In this document: positions 39,172 to 54,100 of the stretch, piece after piece | How positions within the stretch are numbered: the stretch's first letter is position 1 | Layout: every line of letters starts with the position of its first letter | Origin: Eledone cirrhosa | Lineage: Eukaryota | Direction: 5' to 3' | Assembly: GCA_964016885.1 (NCBI GenBank) | Contig: OZ024740.1 | Location: 412,548,001 to 412,612,000, forward strand | DNA length: 64,000 nt | Position numbers and translations under genes: made by a program | The notes under the pieces: model-generated | Database searches by the model: none | Seen by the model: the letters and a program-made list of their open reading frames with translations, nothing else | What the model was told of the DNA's origin: nothing

Positions 39172-42100
39172 CTACAGGCTGTTGTAGAGAGAAGGCCCAT
39201 TCACACGGGCCATTCTCGCCACTTTCACCCACCTTTCATAAAACTGGTTGGGGTGGAGCACCTCTCTCTTCATCCTGATCCTTCTTCCGAAATGATATCG
39301 GAAGAAAAGGACCAGTTGTTGGCCGGAGAGAAAGGTGTCCGACCTTAGTCCTTTCAAACGCGTCCACCATACAACCTCTTTCACCATGGCTATTACACAG
39401 AGGAAGACCGCCTCTACTTCGTTTTGAAGGGAGGAGGCGGGTTGATCGTAACAATGGACTCGGTGGTCATCCGGATTGGTCCCACCCGTGACAGCAGTTG
39501 TTCCACATAGCGCCACAGGTCGGCAACACCCGGGCAGTGTACCAATGCGTGCGCGAGGTTTTCCTCGTCGCGCACACATCTCGGACAGATCTTCTTCGAA
39601 GGGTCCCTACCCGGGCGCCCGTGTCTGTAGTGCTTCTCTCGAACGGGCAGAGCCCCATGGTAGCACTGCCAGGCCAGGGACCTCTGGAAGTTGTCCATCG
39701 GTCCCAGGCCAAATGTCCTACCGAACAGGCTGGCCAGTTCTTCCTCCTCCATGCCTAGGGCTTCTAGAGAGCGTCGTCGCACCTGCTGCTGACCAACCCT
39801 CTATAGAATGTCGAGGTGGAGTCTCCACTGATACCTGGCTCTGCCTGCCAAAAAGCCGTGAGTGACCGAGCACACCCCGTGTGCCATGCGCCTAGTTTTC
39901 TCGGTCTTTGCTTGACCCAGGATTGCAGCTCGGGAAGCGAGACGAGTCTCGAAAAGGCTCGCCTCAAAAAACGGGGCCCACACCGGTTGACCGGTAAGGA
40001 ATATCTGGAGGTGCCGTAGCCTTAATGCGTGTTTACGCATCTGCAGCCACGGCATCCCCAGCCCTCCTTTAGAAGGGTGTTGACAGCAGACTATCTCCTC
40101 ACCAAAGAAACCCGCTTCTTCCAAAGGAATTGGAAGAGTGCGCGCTCAATTTTGGTGAGCGTTTCTCTTGGGCCAGGCACGACAGTCAAGTGGTAATAGA
40201 TGACGGACGCTATATAAGCGTTCGCCACCTCCGCCCGACGTTTCAGGGATAGTTTGTACTCTGCCCACTTCTGGGCCAGTGCAAACACCCTGTTCGTTAC
40301 TCACTCCAGTTCTTCTCAACCTGGAGGTCTGGTCCGAACCAAACCCCAAGCAGCTCCACCGGGCCCTCCATCCAGCGTCCGACGACGCCGTTGGAGGGCA
40401 TTGGTTTGCCCCTCCACGCGCCGCGTTGCAAACCCACGGACTTTTACCGGTTCAGCTTCGCCCCTGTAAACCATTCGTATTCCTCCAGTAAGGTGCAGAT
40501 CGCTCCGATTTCCTAGGTACTGGACACCATTACTGTTACGTCATCGGCGTAGGCCGACACCTCTTTCTGCAATCCCGGTTCCAAGGGGATGCCCTGCAAC
40601 AACTCCAGCTTCCGCAGCAGTGGCTCGAGAGCCAGCACATACAGAAGGGAGGAGAGAGGGCATCTCTCTCGGATGGACCGCGCGATTTGGAACGGCTCCG
40701 TGGTAGCCGTTCACCTTGACCCTCGAGCAGATCCGGCTGCTGTGAATGGCAGTAATCCAGCTCCTGAAAACGGGGCCGAAACCTGTCGCCGCTAGAACCG
40801 CATTCAGGTAACCATGTCGACCCTATCAAACGCTTTAGATTAATCCAAGTTGATCAGGTCCCCACCAAAGCCGGGTTCATTCCCTACCCTCTCTATGATG
40901 TATCGCATGAGGTGGAGGTTGTCGTGAATGGACCTGGACGGGATAGCGTATGTCTGCGCATCTCCCACCAGGTTGCCCACGACAAGCACCAACCTCTTTG
41001 CTAACACCTTGTACAAAATCTTTAACTCCGTATTTAGCAGAGTTATGGGCCTGAAATTACATATTTCACCCCCCTTATTCTCGTCCTTCCTCACTAGCGA
41101 GACTACGCCCTTTGTCACAGAACAGGGAATTTTCCCGTTCTGTTGCCAGTTTCAGTAGACCGCCTCGAGGAGATTGGAGAAAAAGTCCGGCATCGCTACA
41201 TAAATTTCGTATGGAAGACCATCGAGACTCGGGGATTTGCGTTTGCCGTATTGGCTCAGCACGTCCCCTATTTCAGCAGCTGAAATCGGCCCTTCGCAGG
41301 ACTTCGCCCCCTCGTTCGAAAGACGCGGCAGGCCGTCGAGGTATGGACCGAAATCCACATCCCCATCCAATCTCCCGCCCCTGCCGAACAATCGTGCAAA
41401 TTGCCTTTGAAAGGCCTCACGCATCTGTCCAGGTTCAAGGATCACCCGTTCATAGTGGTCCTTCAAAGACCGGATAGTGGATTTAATCCCACTTTTGGCT
41501 TCTGTCACGCGGGCCCAGCTAACAACTTTGGCCCACTAGTTTCCTAGAGAACGTATTTTGCATCTGACAACGCAAGCTTCGTGCTTCGCGTCCAAAAACT
41601 GCTCTAAGGCCGTTCTCGACGCTAGCACTCTTGCTACGTTGCCGTTTCTAATCGCCTCTTCCACTCCATCTACCAATTCCCTTTCTTTCCTATTCCTATC
41701 TGAAGCTAATTGCTTACTAAAACTTATCGAGACTACTCTAATCTCTCTCTTGAGATATCCCCACCACCTGCTGTTGACAATAGCCCCCGTCAACCGTTCC
41801 TTAACTAAAGGGCTAATCCGATCCCTGTAAGCTTTACTTGCCGGTAAGGACAACTTCAGCTTCCAATAACCGGGTCCCTGTCTATGCGTTCTTTCAAGGT
41901 TGACTATGCAGGTCACTAATGTGTGATCTAAATAGCCAACCATGCGCATCTCTGGACAACTTAATAGGTCCCTATCCTTATTTCTAACTAGGACCCTATC
42001 TAGATACGACCTAGATGATCCGCTGCGGTTAGTCCAAGTCCAGGTCGGCGCAGTCGGAAAAGCTAGCCGATATCTATCGGCCAGGTTAAATCGGCCAATT

Positions 42101-42606
42101 AACCGTTTGAGGCTGTTACAGACCCCTCTATCGCGACATGCTACTACATAGTCCCAACTTTCATCTAGGATACCATTCCAGTCCCCCACTAAAAAGTCTC
42201 CCACTAAAGGTCCCCCACTAAAAGTCTCCATACGTTGGAAGAAGTCCGGCCTCGCTGCCCCAAAAGGGGCATAGGCGGCGACCAGCCTAAAGGCTCCACC
42301 TTCACCATTGCCAACGACTAGTACCACCAGTCGACCCTCCGGGTCCAAGTGCACCGTCAGCGTTGCGAGGCCCAGGTGTTTTTGCAGCAGAACGACAACC
42401 CCACCGCCACCTCCTGGCTGACAGAGAGATGCATAGATCTCAAATTCGTTAAAGGTGGGGGCTAGCTGGCGTTCGCTGCTGACCCTGGACTCGCAAATAG
42501 CCATGATATTTATACTGCGCGACCTGAGGTCATTTAGAAGTTTTGCCTGCTTCCAATGTGAGCTCAGGCCACGCGCATTCAAACATCCTACTCTCAATAC
42601 AGCCAT
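39172..42606 (-). pseudogene. LINE ORF2 (APE endonuclease, RT, C-terminal zinc motif), multiple frameshifts and stops
   Basis: VGCLNARGL, GDWN, SYLDRVL, YLDH, KSPSLDGLPYE, FRPITLLNTELKI, VSAYADDVT (about 40535-40560), HPSKGGLGMP, CPRC..E...HALVHC. Confidence 0.92.
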
Positions 42607-42609
42607 GTT

Positions 42610-44540
42610 GGCGGCGAACGGGAAGAAAAAGAAAAGGCACCTGCCACCTTACGTCCCGGGGATCGGGCTGCACAACTTCCATGGGGGTGAGTGAGGGGTT
42701 GTTGGGTGGAGTGGTGGTTTGTGGTGGTGTGGGGATATCAGAGTGTGGTCGGGTTGGGGTGTTTGGTGTGGTGTGGGTGTCTGGGTTTGGGTGAGGACAT
42801 TTTTCAAGAGGACGCGGTTCATTGGTTTTACCCATAGCTCGTCCTCAGGAAAATTGTCTTTTAGTTCTATATAAATGTCTATCGGAGTTTTAATCATTTT
42901 TAAAGAGGGTTTCTTTGTATCCCTCGCGAAATTTGGCCCTTCGGTTTGCACCGTAGGGTTTTGTTAAATTTTGTTTACAAGTTTTATATTTTTTGTGTTG
43001 AAGTATGTGTTTAGCTGTGTCTGTGTAATTTTTGTTGGTTTTTGTTCTGTATTTTTTGTGTTTTGTTTTGGGGAGGGGTTATTTTTCTTTGTGTGGGTGC
43101 GGTGTGTTTTCTTTTTTTTCGCTTTATTTTTCGGAAGGGTTCCCCCTCGTCTTCTGATGTTAAGGGATTCCCTTCCATGTTGGAAGGAAGGGGTATATTT
43201 TGGGGTCTTGTTATGTATGTTGTGGAGTTGTTTTAGGTGGGGAGGTGTTGGGTGGGACCGTGTTCAGTATTTTGTTGACTTGTTGTGTTTGTTGTTTTTG
43301 GGGTGGTGGTGGTGGTGATTGTGTTTTTGTTTGTGGAGTTGTTTTGGGTGTGGAGGGGTTGGGTGGGTCTGTGTTCAGTTTTTTGTTGACTTTGTTGTGT
43401 TTGTTGTTGTTATAGTGGTGGTGGTGGTGTTGTTTTTGGAGGTGTTGGCAGTAAAGTTGTTTTAGTTTGTTGAGCACAGGCAGCGCTCAGGTGACCTCTG
43501 CCACCACAGAGGTAGCAAGCGGGCCGCCTACCCTGAACTGCAATGTTCATAAATTGGGAGCCTTCCAGGGACACTCTTTGGGGTATCTTTGCGATACGTT
43601 CTGGTTTCATTCGAACCAGAACCTGTATGTCTATACCGCCAAAGTGGCTCCTGGTGGCTCTTCCTATATCAAGGAGTTCATCTTCGTCGTCCAGTATACC
43701 TCCTAGTATCCACCACATATTTGTATTTATATATATACCGGAGATTGTTATTTTTTGAATTTTCTTCCCCATGTAGATGGGGAAGAATGTGTACTGTTTG
43801 GATACAATTGGCGACACCGAGTAGTTTTGGGCCACCAATTTGTCCTTCATCAAAATTATCAGACTCCCATATAATTTCACTCTTACAATAAAAATCACGT
43901 CCTTCAACGCGTCCCTTAACACCAGCTTAATTTCGCTATGCAATAATTGAGCCGGTTTTTTCGACGCATTTGATATAGTTCAAAGTCCTTAGGACTGTGT
44001 CTCATTCAATATCCTTAGGGGAGATTATGGTGAATTCACCGTTTTCACCAAAGCTCACCTGTTTTCTCCCCTCTTTTAGCAATTCCGCTGCATTACTGAT
44101 GTCAACTGGGATTAAAGTTTCGGTCTCCTTAACGACTTGGGCAAAGGATATTCATGTAGTGTTGTCTTTTTTTGTTGTGTTTCGTTGCTGTTGTTCTTGC
44201 TTTCTTGGGTGTTTGCGTTTTGGGGGTTTTCACCCATTTTTTCGTGTTTTGAGTTCACATTTTTCATTGTTGCTGCTGTTTTCGCTTTTGTGTGTGTTTT
44301 TGTTATTTTCTTTGTTATTCGTGTTGGTGTTGTTGGTGTCAGTGTAATTTATACATTCTTTCAATTTACTGTTTCCATTGGTTGGGTTATTACCCAAGTT
44401 TTTACAATTGTTCGCCAAATCCGCTTCCATACGTGCATGTGAAAGCGAGAGAAGGGAAGCTTCAGTAGGTTGAGTTACTTCTTCCTCTTTATCACTTTCC
44501 CTGGGGGGCGTGGCAGTGGTGTTTTGATGTGTGGTGTCCA
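42610..44540 (-). pseudogene. LINE ORF1 (gag-like, zinc knuckle), disrupted
   Basis: GRRPACYLCGGRGHLSAAC in track ORF 43410-43943. Low-complexity K/T/P-rich flanking frames with an internal duplication of about 100 bp at 43220-43430. Confidence 0.8.
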
Positions 44541-44807
44541 TTATTGTAAGTTGGTATACACATTTTTCAAAGTAGTTTTTACTTCCCAAAAATGGGTAAA
44601 AATAAAATAACCACCCGTTTGCAAGTCCAGGCGAGAGGTTACGTCACACAAATAAAACAAATGAAACACAAACTCACAGTTAAAAACGTAATACAAATCC
44701 CAAAAGCCTGCAGCCGGAGTAACATACATCTACTATGAACGATAGATAGATAGATAGATAGATATACACTCGTGTAAGAATCTGTTGGTCGACGTTACTT
44801 ATTTATT

Positions 44808-44859
<52 letters not shown>

Positions 44860-45377
44860 TGTATGTCCGTCCTTGTGTGTTTTTCTTTCAGGCTTCTGGA
44901 AATATATCCAACTAAAAATATTAAATGTGACGGTAGAGACGCTGTAACCTGAATTAAGTCCTATGGCAACAATTGAAAATCTTTGGTTTTCACGATAAGT
45001 GATACTGAGGTTGACTCCAGCATTTTCAATTAATCAAAGCCATGGTACGCAGTTAGTTACTTAACCGTAATCCCTGTAAATATAGCGAGATCGTTGGGTG
45101 ATTTATCTTTGGTAACTCTCGGAAGCGAAATTCTCACATATTAAATTTCTTGAGCGATGAAGAAAGGCATGGTTGTAAGGAATATAGTTATCAGTTACTT
45201 TCAATATTTCCACTAAGCTAGCTGCATTTAATTCAGCTGATATTAGATTAATGGATGAAAAACGATAAGGTATTGTATGTCCTTAAGGATTCCATGTATA
45301 ACTAGGAATAAATAGTAATCTACCAGAAAGTATAAAATGAGTTCTTTGTATGATACGTCGACAAGAAAAAAGTCCGG

Positions 45378-45417
45378 CCAGCATTCACAAACATAAATTT
45401 ATGTTTGTGAATGCTGG
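45378..45417. repeat. Perfect 40-bp palindrome without spacer
   Basis: ccagcattcacaaacataaa|tttatgtttgtgaatgctgg. Confidence 0.95.
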
Positions 45418-47746
45418 GTAAGTTTATTTGCTAACATTCCGAATCCGCAAAGGACCTGAACAAGCCAGGTAAACTGAATTCTCTCCAAAATTTAAATGTC
45501 AACAAACATATTGTTAGATACATCGTAGATCTCGCTAAGCAGAATGGACCGGCAACACACATATACCTCAAACATTTCAACGCACAAAATGTTACTATTA
45601 GCTCTCTTTCCTAGAGAGGTTTGTTTAATTTATTTTTCTCTTTTTTATCTGCATACACACATATACGCATAAATATACACACACATACACACACACTCAT
45701 ATCGCAGTACAGAACCTAAAAAACGTGTTATCCCTGCATATTTATTTCTATTCAAGGTTTCTTCTTGTAGTCTCTGTGGTCATTACGCTGTAAAGTATAC
45801 CACATTACATACGGTGTTGTATCATATATCATATATATTACATTATATTATATTATTATATTATGTTATGTTATTTCATATTATATTATGTTAGCATGTT
45901 ATATTACATGTTATGTAAATATGTTTGTATCTAATAACAAAGATATATCCAAAATCCAATTATCTCTAAAATATTTTCTTTCTCGGAACTTCCTTAGAAT
46001 TCAGAATCCATAATCTCATCTACCAAATAATAGGGACAAGTTCACTCATATATAATTTGATTCAACGTAATTGTTAATATACCACCAATCCTTAATTTAA
46101 CATTAACACACCGTTGTAGAATTGGCTAGTATAACAGAAAGTTAATCCGCTATAATGGACATACAACACCTTTTCTACTAGACTCTGCATGGTATCTAAA
46201 ACCATATATATGAAATTGTTCTCACCAAAGAAAAGTTGTTTTTGTTTTGTGTGTGTGTAGAATCCAAATTGACTGAAACTATATTAAGATATGTAGCTCA
46301 ATTTGTGTAATACAGTGGGTAACATTGTCCCAGAAATAAGCAATACGAAATATCAAAATGAATGCAACTGAACACGCGGAAAAATATTTTAATCGCCTAC
46401 TCCATTGAGATCTAATTTCCTCACAAGGACAGGAACTTGCACAAGGGTGTAAGTTGGAACCCCGTTTTAAATATCTATCTTTCCTGAGTATTAGGTAATG
46501 ATTCACATTGTAAAGTTTCTGTATGTACAGAATTCCAGAATTCCAAATAGTACGTGCACACATAAATATGTGTGCGTGTGAGCGTATGTTTTTGTGTGTA
46601 TGTCTGTGTGTCTGCGACTATGTTAGTAAATTATATCTGATTTTTCATTCAATATTATATTTGTTCTGACAAATACTAAACGCATACTAACGTAACTGAT
46701 TATTATATGTATAATATTAGTATGGTTATATCGATAAAACACAAAGCTTCATCATTGTAAACTCTAAGTTATCCGGGATAGGGATTGTCGCTAGCACAAT
46801 TCCTATAATTCTATAATCTGAGAAAATCTGCCCTCTACCAGATAATAAAACACACGGACCCACTAACATTGGCCATGTGGTTGATCTTATGCCTGTGTAC
46901 TAGGTGCATATGAAAAGAAAAATACTTTCAAAACTAAACATATAAGCAGATAAATTTGTGAAAGCACTTAAATGAATATTCGATCTTTCCGTATAATTCT
47001 GATATGTTCTTATATTTATATATACCTACTACTTGTCATATTTACAAGCGAATGCTTTTAGAGATCCTGACGAATATTCAAGAATAATCTATTAAAATAA
47101 TAATTAGATTATAGCAGTGTGTACAGAATGAGGTAAAAATAAAATTGCTGACTAATTTACCTTTTAGCTGCAGAAAAATAACAATTGTTAACAAGTAAAA
47201 GTGATAACTTCAAGAAATTCTAAATGATATCTTAACATAATTTGCTTCCTTATGCTAAAGATCTTTCTTGTTTTCTTTGAAAACAAGGGGCAGCTAAATT
47301 CATGTTACTCTCTATTAAGCAACACGTTAAAAATAAATAATCCAGCCTCGCAGTTAAAATCTGTTTGCAAATATAGAAAAAAATATTTCCGGGTATTTTT
47401 GCAGTATAATTAGTATAATTAAACATAAACTATGAAAAGGGAAACAACTCAAATATGCCAACAGCATGAATTTATGTAGTTTATTTAAAAACTGATACAT
47501 AGAATACGGCATGGAAAGAGTTTTCAATGAATTGAAATTATATTCAATTATTCATGCAATATTTAACTTAAGGAGAATGCTACTTGAATGTAGTATATAT
47601 TTATATTTAAGTATATATTTATATAATTATTAAGTTGAAAAAAAATGAAAACGAAATTTCATTTCTCACTCTTAGTATGGCACTTACTTAAATGTAAGTA
47701 TGTATGTATACGTACATACATATATGTATACAGACGTACAGTAGCA

Positions 47747-47792
<46 letters not shown>

Positions 47793-47958
47793 CATACATA
47801 TAAACATACAGGTACACATACATATATGCACGCATCAGTTTAGCGGACGCTTATTATAACGCCGCTTTGTTCGTGTGTAAACAAACTGAAAAGCCTGAAT
47901 TTATGCCATACGGTGTTAAGGCAACCACGTCACCTTTTTGTTCAACACTGACACAGGA

Positions 47959-48000
47959 ACGATGTACTAGTTTCAAGCTTGTTAGTATCATCAGCACCGT
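47959..48000 (-). ncRNA. Type I hammerhead, array unit 1, with a 1-nt deletion in stem II
   Basis: Reverse complement reads acggtg-CTGATGA-tactaacaagctt-GAAA-c ta g-TA-catcgt. Confidence 0.75.
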
Positions 48001-48235
48001 TTACCCATCTGCCAGATAGTTGAACGTTCGAAAGTATATACTTTCCTTATGAAAATTAACGGCTGAGCAGCCTAAGTTGCATATTGAGTGAGTTAAATCG
48101 GTCAGGCATACCGAAAACGATAAGTTGAAAAAAATGAAAACGAAATTTCATTTCTCACTCTTAGTATGGCACTTACTTAAATGTAAGTATGTATGTATAC
48201 GTACATACATATATGTATACAGACGTACAGTAGCA

Positions 48236-48333
<98 letters not shown>

Positions 48334-48499
48334 CATACATATATACATACAGGTACACATACATATATGCACGCATCAGTTTAGCGGACGCTTATTATAA
48401 CGCCGCTTTGTTCGTTTGTAAACAAACTGAACAGCCTGAATTTATGCCATACGGTGTTAAGGCAACCACGTCACCTTTTTGTTCAACACTGACACGGGA

Positions 48500-48542
48500 A
48501 CGATGTACTAGTTTCAAGCTTGTTAGCTATCATCAGCACCGT
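48500..48542 (-). ncRNA. Type I hammerhead, array unit 2, intact (GUA)
   Basis: Reverse complement reads acggtg-CTGATGA-t agct aaca agct t-GAAA-c ta g-TA-catcgt. Confidence 0.88.
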
Positions 48543-48780
48543 TTACCCATCTGCCAGATAGTTGAACGTTCGAAAGTATATACTTTCCTTATGAAAATTA
48601 ACGGCTGAGCAGCCTAATTTGCATATTGAGTGAGTTAAATCGGTCAGGCATAGCGAAAACGATAAGCTGAAAAAAATGAAAACGAAATTTCATTTCTCAC
48701 TCTTAGTATGGCACTTACTTAAATGTAAGTATGTATGTATACGTACATACATATATGTATACAGACGTACAGTAGCATGC

Positions 48781-48829
<49 letters not shown>

Positions 48830-49058
48830 CATACATATATACATACAGGTACACATACATATATGCACGCATCAGTTTAGCGGACGCCTATTATAACACC
48901 GCTTTGTTCGTTTGTAAACAAACTGAACAGCCTGAATTTATGCCATACGGTGTTAAGGTAATCAGTTTGTTTACAAACGAACAAAGCGGCGTTATAATAA
49001 GCGTCCGCTAAACTGACGCGTGCATATATGTATGTGTACCTGTATGTATATATGTATG

Positions 49059-49126
<68 letters not shown>

Positions 49127-49621
49127 TGCTACTGTACGTCTGTATACATATATGTATGTACGTATACATACATACTTATATATAATTATTTATTTGTTTA
49201 TATATTTCTGTCGTACAAGAGGCGGCCACGTGGTATTTGCGTATATTCGACATCATTATCAATATTTTAACGACAATATTAATTCTTTATTTCATGAAGA
49301 ATTACTTATGTGAACAAAATAACTTTTTCTATTGAACGTTAGTTATATAAAAACAATCCCATAATTTAACCGATGTCTAGGGTTAATTTAGATTAGTTGT
49401 GTATCGGCTCTCGAGTACAAAATACAGCACATGCGTAACGAGTTTGAAGTAAAAGTAAAACTGGAATAAATAGTATTAGTGTTTAAGTATATATATAGCT
49501 ACAAACATGTACCAGCAATCCCCCATCTCTTCCTTCTGTCTGTGGAATCTTAAATAAATGAGAATTTGAAACTAACACTATCTGTAATCTGTTTTCATTC
49601 ATAAAAACATGTGTAAAACTA

Positions 49622-49662
49622 ATAAATATTTCATTAAACCCCTGGTTTAATGAAATATTTAT
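49622..49662. repeat. Perfect hairpin, 19-bp arms and 3-nt loop
   Basis: ataaatatttcattaaacc-cct-ggtttaatgaaatatttat. Confidence 0.93.
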
Positions 49663-50787
49663 GCTCCCGCGTTTATCTTTTCCGGCGATATTTCAATTGA
49701 GGGCAAACTATCTTTAGGAGCATATTTATTTTTTGAAGATGTTATATGTCTTCATATGATCGGTATTAAATAAAACATGCGTTGATTTTATACGAAGATT
49801 CTTCAGGTTTCCTAAAATTCAAACAATCATTTTGAGATGTGATTCGCTATATTAAGAGAGTGGTTACCTAAACGGATAGATTACCGCTCAGTCGGAGTTA
49901 CCTCGCTTATGTCTCGAGCAAATTTAATGAACTGATATAATAGATGCCACATAGAACGGACCATTAACCACTGCTGATGTTGATAGTTATATAAAATTCA
50001 ATTCTCTTACATTTATTTTCAGTGCTGTATTCAATTGTTCCTGTGCATGAGGCAGTGTACACCCATTATAGATATATTCAGATTGGTTGTTTTGTGGTGC
50101 ACGAAAGGGTTCCCTAATTTTTCTTCTTTAGGGAGGCAAATCTTACTGGAACAATATATGTCTCTCACATCACACGTCCCAAACTAATATATATTTCTGT
50201 AACGTACTATATTAGAATAAAACGAGTGAGGTGTGAAATACAATATATGTATAATTTTTAATTTATGGATATATTAATTAGCTTCTAAAAATTATTCATG
50301 TCATGCAATTGCTCTGAATTCATTTACATCTGAACATAACATCATACGTTCACCTTCTGAAACGTGTCATATCCACTGAATACAATCAGAGATGGGGACA
50401 GACAATTCTCAAGTAGGATTTTTAGATAAGGAATGTATTTTTGTTTTGTAGACGCCAAATATATTTTAACTGATATAATTCTTATTTTAGTAGCTAGCAT
50501 TAAACTACCGTGACAACGATTGTGTCGTCTGATAGTCACATTTGCTAGGAATATGAAAGAATGTCGTTTATTCAGTTATATTTTGAACTTCATTGACGCT
50601 TGATTTTCTGTAGCAAAATATAGGGATTTGTAGAGAGTTAAATTGTTTTTACGATATATATATGTGTTGCATTTTTGAATGCACACACATACACACACAC
50701 ACGCACACATAGACACGCACGCACACACTCAGACACACACACACAAACACACACACACATACACAGACATATATATTGATATTTATA

Positions 50788-50848
<61 letters not shown>

Positions 50849-50873
50849 ATATATATATATTTATATATATATG

Positions 50874-50979
<106 letters not shown>

Positions 50980-51103
50980 AGTGGGAGGGAAAGCCGTGGT
51001 GCTGTCAGAACAGAACTGTGTGGGGGGGAGTATTAGTAATATTGCTGTGTGTGCTGAGGGCAGTAGTTGTGCAGAGAGGCAGATATGTATGATGAGTGTA
51101 GCA

Positions 51104-54100
51104 TGTGTGTATGGAGTTATGTGTATGTGTGTAGAAAGTGTAGTGTGTATGGAGTTATGTGTATGTGTGTAGAAGGTGTAGTGTGTATGGAGTTATGTAT
51201 ATGTTTGTAGAAAGTGTAGTGTGTATGGAGTTATGTATATGTGTGTAGAAAGTGTAGTGTGTATGGAGTTATGTATATGTGTGTAGAAAGTGTAGTGTGT
51301 ATGGAGTTATGTATATGTGTGTAGAAAGTGTAGTGTGTATGGAGTTATGTATATGTGTGTAGAAAGTGTAGTGTGTATGGAGTTATGTATATGTGTGTAG
51401 AAGATGTAGTGTGTATGGAGTTATGTATATGTGTGTAGAAAGTGTAGTGTGTATGGAGTTATGTATATGTGTGTAGAAGTTGTAGTGTGTATGGAGTTAT
51501 GTATATGTGTGTAGAAGATGTAGTGTGTATGGAGTTATGTATATGTGTGTAGGTGTAGTGTGTATGGAGTTATGTATATGTGTGTAGGTGTAGTGTGTAT
51601 GGAGTTATGTATATGTGTGTAGAAAGTGTAGTGTGTATGGAGTTATGTATATGTGTGTAGATGTTGTAGTGTCTATGGAGTTATGTATATGTGTGTAGAA
51701 GATGTAGTGTGTATGGAGTTATGTATATGTGTGTAGGTGTAGTGTGTATGGAGTTATGTATATGTGTGTAGAAGGTGTAGTGTGTATGGAGTTATGTATA
51801 TGTGTGTAGAAAGTGTAGTGTATGTGGAGTTATGTATATGTGTGTAGGTGTAGTGTGTATGGAGTTATGTGTATGTGTGTAGAAGGTGTAGTGTGTATGG
51901 AGTTATGTATATGTTTGTAGAAAGTGTAGTGTGTATGGAGTTATGTATATGTGTGTAGAAAGTGTAGTGTGTATGGAGTTATGTATATGTGTGTAGACAT
52001 TGTAGTGTGTATGGAGTTATGTATATGTGTGTAGAAAGTGTAGTGTGTATGGAGTTATGTATATGTGTGTAGAAAGTGTAGTGTGTATGGAGTTATGTAT
52101 ATGTGTGTAGAAGGTGTAGCGTGTATGGAGTTATGTATATGTGTGTAGAAGGTGTAGTGTGTATGGGGTTATGTGTATGTGTGTAGAAAGTGAATTGTGT
52201 ATGGAGTTATGTATATGTGTGTAGAAAGTGTAGTGCGTATGGAGTTATGTATATGTTTGTATGTGTAGTGTGTATGGAGTTATGTATATGTGTGTATGTG
52301 TAGTGTGTATGGAGTTATGTATATGTTTGTAGAAAGTGTAGTGTGTATGGAGTTATGTATATGTGTGTAGAAAGTGTAGTGTGTATGGAGTTATGTATAT
52401 GTGTGTAGAAGGTGTAATGTGTATGGAGTTATGTATATGTGTGCAGAAGGTGTAGTGTGTATGGAGTTTTGTATATGTGTGTATGTGTAGTGTGTATGGA
52501 GTTATGTAAATGTGTGTAGAAAGTGTAGTGTGTATGGAGTTATGTATATGTGTGTAGAAGGTGTAGTGTGTATGGAATTATGTATATGTGTGTAGAAGGT
52601 GTAGTGTGTATGGAGTTATGTATATGTGTGTAGAAGATGTAGTGTGTATGGAGTTATGCATATGTGTGTAGAAGGTGTAGTGTCTATGGAGTTATGTATA
52701 TGTGTGTAGGTTTAGTGTGTATGGAATTATGTATATGTGTGTAGGTGTAGTGTGTATGGAGTTATGTGTATGTGTGTAGAAGGTGTAGTGTGTATGGAGT
52801 TATGTATATGTGTGTAGAATGTGTAAATTGTATGGGGTTAAGTGTATGTGTGTAGAAGGTGTAGTTTGTATGGAGTTATGTATAAGTGTGTAGAAGGTGT
52901 AATGTGTATGGAGTTATGTATATGTGTGTTGGTGTAGTGTGTATGGAGTTATGTATATGTGTATAGAAAGTGTAGTGTGTATGGAGTTATGTATATGTGT
53001 CTAGAAGGTGTAGTGTGTATGGAGTTATGTATATGTGTGTAGAAAGTGTAATGTGTATGGAGTTATGTGTATGTGTGCAGAAGGTGTAGTGTGTATGGAG
53101 TTATGTATATGTGTATAGAAAGTGTAGTGTGTATGGAGTTATGTATATGTGTCTAGAAGGTGTAGTGTGTATGGAGTTATGTATATGTGTGTAGAAAGTG
53201 TAATGTGTATGGAGTTATGTGTATGTGTGCAGAAGGTGTAGTGTGTATGGAGTTATGTATATGTGTGTAGAAGGTGTAGTGTGTATGGAGTTATGTATAT
53301 GTGTGTAGAAAGTGTAGTGTGTATGGAGTTATGTATATGTGTGTAGGAGTAGTGTGTATGGAGTTATGTATATGTGTGTAGAAAGTGTAGTGTGTATGGA
53401 GTAATGTATATGTGTGTAGAAACTGTAGTGTGTATGGAGTTATGTATATGTGTGTAGAAGGTGTAGTGTGTATGGAGTTATGTATATGTGTGTAGAAAGT
53501 GTAGTGTGTATGGAGTTATGTATATGTGTGTAGGAGTAGTGTGTATGGAGTTATGTATATGTGTGTAGAAACTGTAGTGTGTATGGAGTTATGTGTATGT
53601 GTGTAGAAGGTGTAGTGTGTATGGCGTTATGAATATGCGTGTAGGTGTAGTGTGTATGGAGCTATGTACATGTGTGTAGAAGGTGTAGTGTGTATGGAGT
53701 TATGTATATGTGTGTAGAAAGTGTAGTGTGTATGGAGTTATGTATATGTGTGTAGAAGATGTAGTGTGTATGGAGATATGTATATGTGTGTAGAAAGTGT
53801 AGTGTGCATGGAGCTATGTATATGTGTGTAGAAGATGTAGTGTGTATGAAGTTATGTATATGTGTGTAGGTGTAGTGTGTATGGAGTTATGTATATATGT
53901 GTATGTGTAGTGTGTATGGAGTTATGTATATGTGTGTAGATAGTGTAGTGTGTATGAAGTTATGTATATGTGTGTAGAAAGTGTAGTGTGTATGGAGTTA
54001 TGTATATGTGTGTAGAAAGTGTAGTGTGTATGGAGTATTGTATATGTGTGTAGAAAGTGTAGTGTGTATGGAGTTATGTATATGTGTGTAGAAAGTCTAG

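Larger units (their letters stand above)
47631..49178 (-). mobile_element. Retrozyme-like tandem array (about 2.6 units) with an inverted 5' arm
   Basis: Unit starts at 47631, 48121 and 48663 (periods 490 and 542; the difference is essentially the internal TA tract). 48962-49178 is the inverse of about 48724-48926. One HHR per full unit. Confidence 0.85.
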
